Shown: positions 55,719 to 64,000 of the stretch, one piece after another
Layout: every line of letters starts with the position of its first letter
How positions within the stretch are numbered: position 1 is the stretch's first letter
Source of the DNA: Candidatus Poseidoniaceae archaeon
Lineage (GTDB): Archaea > Thermoplasmatota > Poseidoniia > Poseidoniales > Poseidoniaceae
Length of the DNA stretch: 64,000 bases
Direction: 5' to 3'
Assembly: GCA_049598575.1 (NCBI GenBank)
Contig: JBMYNT010000003.1
Coordinates: 1,155 to 65,154, forward strand
The notes under the pieces: generated by a model
What the model saw: only the letters and a program-made list of their open reading frames with translations
Databases searched by the model: none
Told to the model about the DNA's origin: nothing
Position numbers and translations under genes: made by a program

Positions 55719-58568
55719 GTGCGAAGTCTTCTCTTAGCAGTGCTCCTCCTCGTTGCGCCTCTTCCTCTCGGAGATGTGGATGATGAGACGTTCTACTCTG
55801 GCGAAGAAGCCATTCTACGCCTTCCAGAAGGTCAAGTATGGGAGCAATCCGACTGGGATATGTTGAGCAATTTTGGTTTCACGCCGCTACGTTCGATTTC
55901 TCCATCTGAACTGCTCGTTTGGAAGTCGGAAGGGGGGGCGTATCATCCAACTGCCAGTGAATTAAATGCTGAAAGGGCAGTATGGAAATCGCCTCCACTT
56001 GATGGTCAAACGGTTCGAGTTGTTCTTGAACCTGGACTTCCGTCTAGCGTTGTCAATGATATTCATGGTCAAATTCAACTCTTCGGGAACAGCCTTGTAG
56101 GCTCAGTTGATGATGGCTATTTGCCATTCATCGAGATAACATGGGCTTCCAACTTGGATATGAGTTGGTTCGCCAACATTGACGGCGTCCTTTGGCTGGA
56201 GTCGGTTTTACCAACAAGTGGGCGAAATCTCGATTCTGGATCGATTCTCTCAGGATCCGCTACGGAAACGTACCCTGCTGCTTGGACATTTGGGCTCAAC
56301 GGGTCCGGTGTTGTCATCGGTGTTGCAGATACGGGGATTGATTCCGACCATTCCTGTTTCCGTAATGTGTCCAATGCGTCGATCGGTCTCGACCATCGGA
56401 AGCTGTTGCACGTGAACACAACCATTGACGAATGGGACAGTTCAGGTCACGCAGATTATCGTCATGGCACACACACCGCAGGAATTCTTGGTTGCCATCC
56501 TATCGCAACGGCGGTTGAAGATACCATTCCGTCCTCAATCATGTCCCTCGGTTATGGATCTCAATTGGTCGTTCAAGACATTGTCTCCGAACAAGGCTGG
56601 CAACCGCCAGACGTCGATCTGTTGCTTGCTGAATCAGCCTTGTATGGCGGATATCTCCATTCCAATTCATGGGGCGATGATACCACGGATTACACCCTAA
56701 GGTCTGGCGATTTTGATGCTTTCACACGCGAGTTTCCGTGGACGTTACCGCTGATTGCGCCAGGCAACAACGGTGGCTTGGTTCTCGAGCCGGCCAATGC
56801 AAGGAACGTCATTGCCATCGGGGCCGCTACGAAGGACCTCGATACCGAACGTTGGATGTCATCGGTCCATGGACCAACCGATGCCGAAACCCGTGGTATC
56901 TTCGCTCTCGCCCCAGGCGTATCAATTGTCTCCGCACGATCGGACGGCTCTCCAGATACGTACAACTCAGGGCAGCATACATTGAGTGGAACCAGCATGT
57001 CTACCCCAATGGCTGCGGCGTACGCAAGCGTGATTCAACAAATGGTTGAGGAGGGTTGGCTAACAGGGCACAACGAGACGCTGGCTGAGCATTCATTGGC
57101 GGATCGAGCACCTTGGTTTGAGGCTGATGCATCGCAGCATGATATCTTACTTGGAAGCGGATTTACGCCATCTGCGCCAATGATGAAGGCTCTCCTTTCG
57201 CTCTCTGCAACACCACTCAGTGAAGCACATCGAAATGGGGGAGACGGGGGGTCCCATGCTCCAAATGCATACGATGGATGGGGCATACTCAACCTGAGCG
57301 AAATCATTGATTTCGAACTGCTAACTTCACCCTCCTCTGATGGCGAACGACCGATTTCCGATGTCTGGATTCATGACTCCTATCGGTTAGTGGAGGGTGG
57401 CCCTTCCGAACATTTCGAAGGACGAGTCGGATCAAAGCAACCAATCGAGTACCTCATGGAGAACAGTTGGGGCGGTGCAGGTGCGGTCGGGCCGTTCCTT
57501 GCAACAAACGACGTCTTTCAACAACGTTTCATCCTGAATGGTGAAGCGCTTGATGTGCGGTTATCCATACAAGCAAAGCCAGAGCCGCATCTCGTCGACG
57601 ATGTTCAACTCATGGTTCGCTTACCCGACGGTCGGTTTGCTATTGGTGAAAGCTATCGAAGCGACGGTCGTTCAATGCTGTATTATGATTTTGCTGACCA
57701 CCTCAATACCACAGCCTTCCCTCCATCCAACGAAACCACCGTCGGCATTCACCTCGATGAAGAAACGCTCAACGGGATTGAGTTTGTTGATATCATCGTG
57801 ACGGGACGTTATGTGACGCCTGGAAATTTGCCCGGTACATTGGGTATAGAGGGCGATCGACTTGGATTTGGTCTTGCTGTCCGTGGTGTTGAACTCGACC
57901 CATTGAATCACTCTGATGCTGATGGGGATGGTGTGCCGTACGAAGGCGATGTCTGTCCGTTCGTCAGTGCACTTGGCTGGGATACCGACAGAGATGGCTG
58001 TATCGATGATCTCGATAAAGACGGAGTCGAAGACAACTTCGATGATTGCTTGCTGACGCCCCTGGATGTTCCTGTAACCCAACAAGGCTGTGCGCAACAA
58101 AACGACGCCCCTCGGGTGTTTTTGGACGAGGTTTCATTGCAGCAGCATGATAATGAAACCATATCAATTCTCTTTTCAATTCTCGATGAGGATGCTGTTA
58201 ACGTTACGATTGTTCTGGAACGCTTGAGCTCACATGCAGGTACTGTACACGTCTGCACCATGCTTCTCTTGGATGATGCTTGGAATACGTGTTCGGTGAA
58301 TGTGAGTCAAGATTTCTTTCCGTTGAGTGCAGCAGGGAATTGGACGATTGAAATTGATGCTACCGATTTGAATTCCAGCTCATGGACCGCTCCTGCATCG
58401 ACAAGTTACACTTCAGAACAGATCACAATTCATGTTTCACAGCCAATTCAAGAAGAAAAGAACCGTGCTAGCTCATGGACGAATGCTGCACTGTGGTCTT
58501 CTATCACTGCCGCAATTGTCATCTCTCTCATCGCACAATTTATTCTCCGAAAATCTCGAAATGTATGA
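55719..58568 (+). CDS. Subtilisin-like serine protease (peptidase S8) with thrombospondin-type-3-like Ca-binding repeats and C-terminal TM anchor
   Basis: Signal peptide MRSLLLAVLLLVAPLPLG. Catalytic triad in VVIGVADTGID (Asp), HGTHTAGIL (His) and GTSMSTPMAAAYAS (Ser). TSP3-like repeats DADGDGVPYEGDVCP…DTDRDGCIDDLDKDGVEDNFDDC. C-terminal TM ITAAIVISLIAQFIL. Confidence 0.8.
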   Translation: MRSLLLAVLLLVAPLPLGDVDDETFYSGEEAILRLPEGQVWEQSDWDMLSNFGFTPLRSISPSELLVWKSEGGAYHPTASELNAERAVWKSPPLDGQTVRVVLEPGLPSSVVNDIHGQIQLFGNSLVGSVDDGYLPFIEITWASNLDMSWFANIDGVLWLESVLPTSGRNLDSGSILSGSATETYPAAWTFGLNGSGVVIGVADTGIDSDHSCFRNVSNASIGLDHRKLLHVNTTIDEWDSSGHADYRHGTHTAGILGCHPIATAVEDTIPSSIMSLGYGSQLVVQDIVSEQGWQPPDVDLLLAESALYGGYLHSNSWGDDTTDYTLRSGDFDAFTREFPWTLPLIAPGNNGGLVLEPANARNVIAIGAATKDLDTERWMSSVHGPTDAETRGIFALAPGVSIVSARSDGSPDTYNSGQHTLSGTSMSTPMAAAYASVIQQMVEEGWLTGHNETLAEHSLADRAPWFEADASQHDILLGSGFTPSAPMMKALLSLSATPLSEAHRNGGDGGSHAPNAYDGWGILNLSEIIDFELLTSPSSDGERPISDVWIHDSYRLVEGGPSEHFEGRVGSKQPIEYLMENSWGGAGAVGPFLATNDVFQQRFILNGEALDVRLSIQAKPEPHLVDDVQLMVRLPDGRFAIGESYRSDGRSMLYYDFADHLNTTAFPPSNETTVGIHLDEETLNGIEFVDIIVTGRYVTPGNLPGTLGIEGDRLGFGLAVRGVELDPLNHSDADGDGVPYEGDVCPFVSALGWDTDRDGCIDDLDKDGVEDNFDDCLLTPLDVPVTQQGCAQQNDAPRVFLDEVSLQQHDNETISILFSILDEDAVNVTIVLERLSSHAGTVHVCTMLLLDDAWNTCSVNVSQDFFPLSAAGNWTIEIDATDLNSSSWTAPASTSYTSEQITIHVSQPIQEEKNRASSWTNAALWSSITAAIVISLIAQFILRKSRNV

Positions 58569-58655
58569 AAATTGAGCAAAAATTCTTCATGGTTATGAAG
58601 GGCTATCTTCAAACCTTATGGCATCCACGGTGGTTTATCCGAGAAGGTGTTCAAG

Positions 58656-59660
58656 ATGAGCGGACGATTATATGTTGGAATTGACCTAGGAACGTTTCAG
58701 TCAACCATTGCTTCAAGCGCAGGTGCCATGCACTCTGTTGAAACTGTGGTTGGGCGACCAAAGGACCCTGTAGCACGTAACTTCCTCAAGCGTGATGTCC
58801 TCTTTGGTGCTGATGCACTCAAGAACAAACTCGCTTGCAACCTCTACCGCCCAATGGCAGCCGGTGTTGCCCAGGATGATGAAGCCAATCTTGCTGCTGC
58901 AAAGGCCTTCGTATCTCACCTCATCGAAACCGTTGACCCAGAAGAGTTCGACGAAGTATTTGGCGTCATTTGCTCCCCAAGTCACGTTTCATTTACCGAC
59001 AAAAGCAACCTCGTAGCAACCCTCCGTGGCCAAGTCAATGCAATCATGGTCGTTACTGAACCGTTTGCAACAGCCTTTGCAATCGGTGAAATCGGTGGCT
59101 CCATTGTCGTCGATATCGGCGCTGGTACGACCGACATTGCTCGAATCCACGGAACATTCCCAACCGATGAGGATCAAGTCACCATCCAGGAAGCAGGTGA
59201 TTGGCTCGATCTTGAACTAAAAAACCTCATCGCAAAGAAGTTCACTGGAGCGCAAATTACCAAGGACATGGTCCGAAAGTGGAAGGAAGAATCCTCATAC
59301 GTCGGCGGCGACGTTCGAACCGTTGAGGTTTCACTTTCCGTTGATGGTAAGAGCCAGAATGTCGACATTGGTGACCTCATTCAAGAGGCATGTGAACTCT
59401 TGATTCCTAAGGTCGGTAACGCCATCAAGCGCATCGTCGCTGAGGCAGACCCTGAGTACCAACCAGTTCTGCGAAACAACATCATTCTCTCCGGTGGAGG
59501 TTCCCTCATCGAAGGACTTGCAGAGCGGGTCGCTCGAGAAATCTCTGATATTGGTGATGTCAACGTCTGGTGCGTTGAAAACCCATTGGAAAAGGTCGCT
59601 GAAGGTGCACTCATGCTCGCAGGTGAAATGCCTGATGACATGTACACCTCCATCAACTGA
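58656..59660 (+). CDS. Actin-fold (ASKHA) ATPase, archaeal actin/MreB/ParM-like filament protein candidate
   Basis: Phosphate-1 motif VGIDLGT, phosphate-2 motif IVVDIGAGTTDIA, an adenosine-motif-like IILSGGGSLIEGL, and a connect-region GxP (ENPLEKVAEGA). About 335 aa. Confidence 0.65.
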   Translation: MSGRLYVGIDLGTFQSTIASSAGAMHSVETVVGRPKDPVARNFLKRDVLFGADALKNKLACNLYRPMAAGVAQDDEANLAAAKAFVSHLIETVDPEEFDEVFGVICSPSHVSFTDKSNLVATLRGQVNAIMVVTEPFATAFAIGEIGGSIVVDIGAGTTDIARIHGTFPTDEDQVTIQEAGDWLDLELKNLIAKKFTGAQITKDMVRKWKEESSYVGGDVRTVEVSLSVDGKSQNVDIGDLIQEACELLIPKVGNAIKRIVAEADPEYQPVLRNNIILSGGGSLIEGLAERVAREISDIGDVNVWCVENPLEKVAEGALMLAGEMPDDMYTSIN

Positions 59661-59752
59661 TTTGGTTTCTTCAAGCAACACCAAAATCAAGCGCCTAATG
59701 CCCTGATTCACAGGGAAGGTTCAAGAGTGGTTGAGGTTCGATAGTTCCCTGT

Positions 59753-61033
59753 ATGACGCTTGGCGCTCCGAACCCAGATGCCTCACGAGGTTCAACAACC
59801 AGCTCTGGAAACGATAGAGCTGCTCTTGAAGGGATGCTGAAAAGTTACCCCGTTGATCAACTCGTTGAAGAGGTTTTGATCGCTTGGGATGAACTCGGTC
59901 GTCGCAACGATGAAGTTGTCACAATCAAGCAACGGTTACGAGTCTTGGAACTCGATCTCGCTGAGCGCGAAGACGAGGTTGCTCCTGAAATTCAACGCCT
60001 TCACGAATCCGAAGAGCAGTTGAAAGAGGCGGAAGCTCGTATTGTTCACCTTGATCGATTGTTAAACGATACTCGACAAGAGCTCGATGCCCAGGCATCC
60101 TCCTTGTCCAAGGAACAACAAGACGCGCTCCATGAAGAACTCGAACAATTGAGGGCGCTGAGTGTTTCACAGGATGAAGTCATTGCAGAAATGGAAGGTC
60201 GAATGGGGCTCATGGTTGAGGCTTTAGAAAAGGCCGCCGATGCAGGACTTACCTCGGTTACTGCGGATGAAGTTCGTTCTTTGAAACATCAGCTTGAAGA
60301 AAAATCTGCTCAATACGATGCAGAAGTTGCCGCCAACAATGCTTTGGAAGAAGAGCGACAACGTCTGCGTGATATCGCTGACCGGATGCGTGGACTCCTC
60401 GATGCTCGCGACAAGCGTCTTGCAGACCTTGAAGAGCAACTTGAACGCGTCATGCAGGGTCCACGCTCTGTTTCCGCTGAGCACGACTACTTGGTGGAGC
60501 AAATCGAAGAAATGAAGCGAAGGCTCCTCGAGCGAAATCGAGAATATGAGTCGTTGCGTCGACGTGAGCGACGTCTTCACACCGATGTATTCGAGCGCGA
60601 TGAGCGCATCCAACAGATGTCGCTCACCATTACCGATCTCGAGGCGGCTCTTACAGACCGTGTTGCTGAAATCCGTGAATTGGAATCCCAGAACGCTGTT
60701 GCTATGCAGGAGGTAACCAGTGTCCGTCGCGGTGAGCGAACGCGTGAAGTTGTCGGACGTGTCTTTGCTGATTCCCTCTCCTTGGTACGTGGTCATGATG
60801 CACGAGAGGCCAAGCGAGAGGCGTATGCGAACAGCCCTGATGTTGAACGTACACTTTCAACACCTGATGCCGATGATATGCGTAACCTTGCAGATGGTGG
60901 AACCATTGATTTGGGTGTTGAGGAATCTGAACTACCTCAAGGAATGGATGTGGATGATGTTCGCCCACCTTCACCTGGTGGTAGTGGAGATCCTGTTCTC
61001 TTTGAAGATGAATCAGAGAACGCTGATGAGTGA
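59753..61033 (+). CDS. Acidic coiled-coil protein (426 aa), hypothetical
   Basis: Long heptad-like E/R/L/Q-rich helices (…LRVLELDLAEREDEVAPEIQRLHESEEQLKEAEARIVHLDRLL…). Acidic C-terminal tail. Lies 90 nt downstream of the actin-like gene on the same strand. Confidence 0.45.
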   Translation: MTLGAPNPDASRGSTTSSGNDRAALEGMLKSYPVDQLVEEVLIAWDELGRRNDEVVTIKQRLRVLELDLAEREDEVAPEIQRLHESEEQLKEAEARIVHLDRLLNDTRQELDAQASSLSKEQQDALHEELEQLRALSVSQDEVIAEMEGRMGLMVEALEKAADAGLTSVTADEVRSLKHQLEEKSAQYDAEVAANNALEEERQRLRDIADRMRGLLDARDKRLADLEEQLERVMQGPRSVSAEHDYLVEQIEEMKRRLLERNREYESLRRRERRLHTDVFERDERIQQMSLTITDLEAALTDRVAEIRELESQNAVAMQEVTSVRRGERTREVVGRVFADSLSLVRGHDAREAKREAYANSPDVERTLSTPDADDMRNLADGGTIDLGVEESELPQGMDVDDVRPPSPGGSGDPVLFEDESENADE

Positions 61034-61819
61034 TTGTAGTCGCTCTTTCAGTACTTGTAGGTCATCGAATTCTTCAGTAATTGTTCCAGTAACAATGTAG
61101 TCGGCTCCTGCATCTGCAGCAGCCTTCATTTGTTCTGGAGTACGTATTCCCCCACCGACAAGAAGGGTACACTGCATGGATGATTTTGCTGTCTTGATCA
61201 GATCGAGTGAAACTGGTGAAGATGCGCCGGAGCCTGCTTCAAGATACACGGTTGAGAAACCGTACATTTCGGCTGTTTGGCAGTATGCTGAAACGAGTTT
61301 TGAGTCGTCTGGGTGAATCAAGTCCGCTTGTCCGACTTCACCAACTGCACCTCCTGGAGCACAAACAATGTATCCTGTTGGAATGGTTTGAAGGCCTGCT
61401 TGAGCAATGTACGGGGCGCCAGTAAGCTGTTCTTCTATCAAAAAGCGGCGAGAAGTACTGTTCATCAACATCATGAACAAAATTCCATCTGCCTTTGCTG
61501 ACATAGCATGTGCCCCACCGGGGAATAAAATCACTGGAATGTTCCACATCTCTTCGTCAGCATCTGGATGTTGGCTGGCTGCAAACATAGCAAGTTCAAG
61601 CGCTTCCTGAATGGATGCGCAGGTTGCATCAACGATGTTGCTACCAGTATCTGTTGACCCGCCCACAAAAATAGCAGATGTGCCGCACTCGACAGCTACA
61701 AGCGCACGTTGTGCTGCAACTTCTGGAGATTGTTTGTCTGGATCGATGAGCGTAATGTGCTTGGTTCGAGACCCGTCTCGAGGGAGCATTGGCTCGTCAT
61801 GCATCCACATTCCATTCAC
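61013..61819 (-). CDS. Geranylgeranylglyceryl phosphate synthase (PcrB/GGGPS family)
   Basis: TIM-barrel motifs HITLIDPDK, ILFPGG, YLEAGSGA and LLVGGGIRTPEQ. Confidence 0.8.
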   Translation of the reverse strand: MNGMWMHDEPMLPRDGSRTKHITLIDPDKQSPEVAAQRALVAVECGTSAIFVGGSTDTGSNIVDATCASIQEALELAMFAASQHPDADEEMWNIPVILFPGGAHAMSAKADGILFMMLMNSTSRRFLIEEQLTGAPYIAQAGLQTIPTGYIVCAPGGAVGEVGQADLIHPDDSKLVSAYCQTAEMYGFSTVYLEAGSGASSPVSLDLIKTAKSSMQCTLLVGGGIRTPEQMKAAADAGADYIVTGTITEEFDDLQVLKERLQSLISVL

Positions 61820-61861
61820 CCGTTGATGGGAGTGTGTAGCAGAGAGTTGTTAAGGAATTTC

Positions 61862-63691
61862 ATGATTCATGAGCAAGAATTCACATACCGTATCGAAGAA
61901 GCCTCAATCATGGTTGATGTTGAGAGGCCCTTACGAACCATCCTCTCGCGTTCCGACGCTCCAAAAGGAAAGATTCGTCTTGCCATACTTTGTTCCATTC
62001 TCAACAAAATATGGGATTTGGCCCCCCCTCTCCTCATCGGTGTTGCAGTTGACGTGGTCGTCCAGAAAGAAGATTCTTTGTTAGCCCAATGGGGTATCAT
62101 CGACCCATGGAATCAACTCATTGTCCTAGCGGTAGCAACATTTGTCATATGGGGTCTCGAATCGTTGTTCGAATACTTCTATGCAGTTTTGTGGCGAAAT
62201 CTCGCTCAGACAGTACAGCACAATCTCCGGATTACAACCTTTGATCACGTCCAGAACCAATCCATGACATGGTTTGATGAACATCAGAAAGGCGATCTTC
62301 TTGCAATCATGAACGATGACGTCAACCAACTTGAACGGTTCCTCGACAAAGGTGCAAACGATCTCTTGCAGGTGACAACGACCGTGATTGTTGTTGGTGC
62401 CGTGTTCTTGTATCTCTCATGGGAAATTGCGCTCTTTGCAGTACTTCCAATTCCTATTATCCTTTGGGGCTCCTTCCTGTACCAAAAGAAACTCGAGGTT
62501 CGATATCGCGATGTTCGAGCAACTGCAGGACAGTTGAATGCACTGCTTGAAAACGACTTAACAGGAATGGCGACAATTCAATCGTTCACAAATGAGACGC
62601 TGGAACTGGAACGAGTTCGTTCCCTTTCTGAAGAGTATAGAAGTGCGAATCGATCTGCTATTCGCCTTTCAGCAGCATTCGTTCCACTCATCCGGATGGC
62701 GATTCTTGCAGGGTTCACAGCGACGCTTCTTCTCGGTGGACGCCTCGCATTGGATGGTGTATTGGCAGTCGGCGCATACTCCGTTCTCGTATTCATGACG
62801 CAACGATTGTTGTGGCCACTTACTCGCCTTGGCGAGACGTTTGACTTATACCAACGTGCTATGGCTTCCTCGGTTCGTATTCTTACACTCCTCAACGAAC
62901 CTCAAACGGTAACCGATGGGGAACATGTCCTGGATGAGGCAATAGCGAAGGAATCGCCAATACGCTTTGAAGATCTCAGTTTTGCATATCCAGATCGTTC
63001 TGCCCTATTCGATGGCTTTAGCGTTGAAATAGAAGCTGGATCAACCCTTGGAGTTGTTGGCTCGACCGGTTCTGGTAAAACAACACTTACTCGGTTTCTC
63101 TTACGTTTTGTTGAGCCGAGCAGTGGAGGTATCTCATGGGGAGGAAAGGACATCAGGGAGTACACTCTTGAGTCATTACGTCATTCGATCGCTCTTGTCT
63201 CGCAACACGTTACACTCTTTCCTACTTCGATCCTTGAAAACATTCGATACGGTCGAAACAATGCTACGGATGAAGAGGTCAAGCAAGCAGCACTCACCGC
63301 TGAAGCGTTTGATTTCATCGAAGAGCTCCCCAATCAATGGGATACGTTTGTTGGTGAAGGTGGATATCGACTCTCCGGTGGTCAACGTCAACGCATTGCC
63401 ATTGCTCGAGCAGTACTGAAAGATGCTCCATTACTCATTCTCGATGAGGCAACGTCTGCGGTCGACAATGAAACAGAAGCAGCACTGCAACGCAGTATTA
63501 CTCGAATCAGCAAAGATCGTACGACGATTATTGTCGCCCACAGACTCTCGACCGTTCGTCATTCAAATTCCATTCTGGTGTTAGAAAGTGGAGAAGTAAT
63601 TGAACATGGAAAACATGAGGATTTACTGGCCTTAAAGGGTAAGTATGCCTCTCTGTGGTCCGTTCAGATGGGTGAAAAAATCGACAAATAA
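61862..63691 (+). CDS. ABC transporter, fused permease/ATPase (MsbA-like exporter)
   Basis: Six-TM domain followed by an NBD with Walker A GSTGSGKTT, signature LSGGQRQR, Walker B LLILDEATSAVD, and H-loop VAHRL. Start set at MIHEQEF (61862) to avoid an antisense overlap with the GGGPS gene. Confidence 0.8.
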   Translation: MIHEQEFTYRIEEASIMVDVERPLRTILSRSDAPKGKIRLAILCSILNKIWDLAPPLLIGVAVDVVVQKEDSLLAQWGIIDPWNQLIVLAVATFVIWGLESLFEYFYAVLWRNLAQTVQHNLRITTFDHVQNQSMTWFDEHQKGDLLAIMNDDVNQLERFLDKGANDLLQVTTTVIVVGAVFLYLSWEIALFAVLPIPIILWGSFLYQKKLEVRYRDVRATAGQLNALLENDLTGMATIQSFTNETLELERVRSLSEEYRSANRSAIRLSAAFVPLIRMAILAGFTATLLLGGRLALDGVLAVGAYSVLVFMTQRLLWPLTRLGETFDLYQRAMASSVRILTLLNEPQTVTDGEHVLDEAIAKESPIRFEDLSFAYPDRSALFDGFSVEIEAGSTLGVVGSTGSGKTTLTRFLLRFVEPSSGGISWGGKDIREYTLESLRHSIALVSQHVTLFPTSILENIRYGRNNATDEEVKQAALTAEAFDFIEELPNQWDTFVGEGGYRLSGGQRQRIAIARAVLKDAPLLILDEATSAVDNETEAALQRSITRISKDRTTIIVAHRLSTVRHSNSILVLESGEVIEHGKHEDLLALKGKYASLWSVQMGEKIDK

Positions 63692-63743
63692 AGTTACACG
63701 CGAAAACGAAAGTATATATTCGCGACGAAATCATTACACCTTG

Positions 63744-64000
63744 ATGAACATGCAGTATGAAAACTCATCAAAACTACGAAGCCTGAAGTTGAACCGCCGA
63801 AACAGCGCTGTACTCGCTGTTATGCTGTTTGCACTTGCAGCCGTTGCTCTACCAGCGGCTGCTGCGACCACAAACCCTGCTACAGAATGTGTTGAAGTTG
63901 CAGGTACTGTTGTAAACCAAGCCGATTGTTGGTTGAATGACGGTGTCGATGACGGGCTACAACTCGTCACCTTCTTCCTGTTCTTCGTCGGATACATTTC
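63744..64000 (+). CDS. Secreted/membrane protein, 3'-truncated by window edge
   Basis: Open frame from ATG 63744/63750 to the window end. Signal-peptide-like LAVMLFALAAVALPAAAATT, followed by a second hydrophobic stretch. Confidence 0.35.
   Translation, partial: MNMQYENSSKLRSLKLNRRNSAVLAVMLFALAAVALPAAAATTNPATECVEVAGTVVNQADCWLNDGVDDGLQLVTFFLFFVGYI

Noticed and set aside
61709-61861. Upstream extension of the ABC transporter ORF (start at 61709)
   Set aside because: It would overlap the GGGPS gene on the opposite strand by about 110 nt. The internal ATG at 61862 gives a normal ABC exporter N-terminus.
1-64000. CRISPR arrays, transposases, integrases, prophage blocks
   Set aside because: No short regularly spaced direct repeats and no transposase, integrase or capsid-like ORFs were recognised. 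The only repeats are intragenic coding repeats (GPP repeat, triple beta-grasp units, adhesin blades).

Overview
This 64 kb window looks like a chromosomal segment of a halophilic archaeon with an acidic proteome and roughly 48-50% GC. Archaeal markers are clear: TFB, DNA topoisomerase VI subunits B and A (overlapping), RNAP subunit P, diphthine synthase, GGGP synthase, geranylgeranyl reductase, a THEP1 NTPase, and a replication factor C small subunit. A conserved rplX-pfdA-ftsY gene cluster is present, as are two tRNAs (Arg-CCU on the minus strand, Asp-GUC on the plus strand). Coding density is high, and I found no CRISPR array, transposase or integrase.

The 5' end (1-8.2 kb) is a nucleotide-sugar and glycosylation cluster: RmlA-like, a C-terminally truncated UDP-glucose dehydrogenase, GtrA and GalU-like genes. 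The rest mixes housekeeping genes (GcvH, RNase HI, HIT, GMP synthase GATase subunit, cystathionine gamma-synthase family, HAD-IIA, PyrF, GSII, ABC exporter) with an accessory-looking set of large secreted or anchored proteins.

The features I rank most worth a second look are:
- a gene encoding three tandem MoaD/ThiS/SAMP-like beta-grasp units, each ending in Gly-Gly, which looks like a polyubiquitin-style precursor;
- a ~1670-aa anchored adhesin with propeller-like repeats, a VWA domain and CARDB domains;
- an actin-fold ATPase next to an acidic coiled-coil protein;
- an orphan gamma-class N6-adenine DNA methyltransferase beside two TerB-like genes;
- an aconitase-superfamily protein with the swivel domain at the N-terminus;
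- eukaryote-type glutamine synthetase II and OMP decarboxylase.

All calls rest on motif recognition in the supplied translations; no database searches were run.
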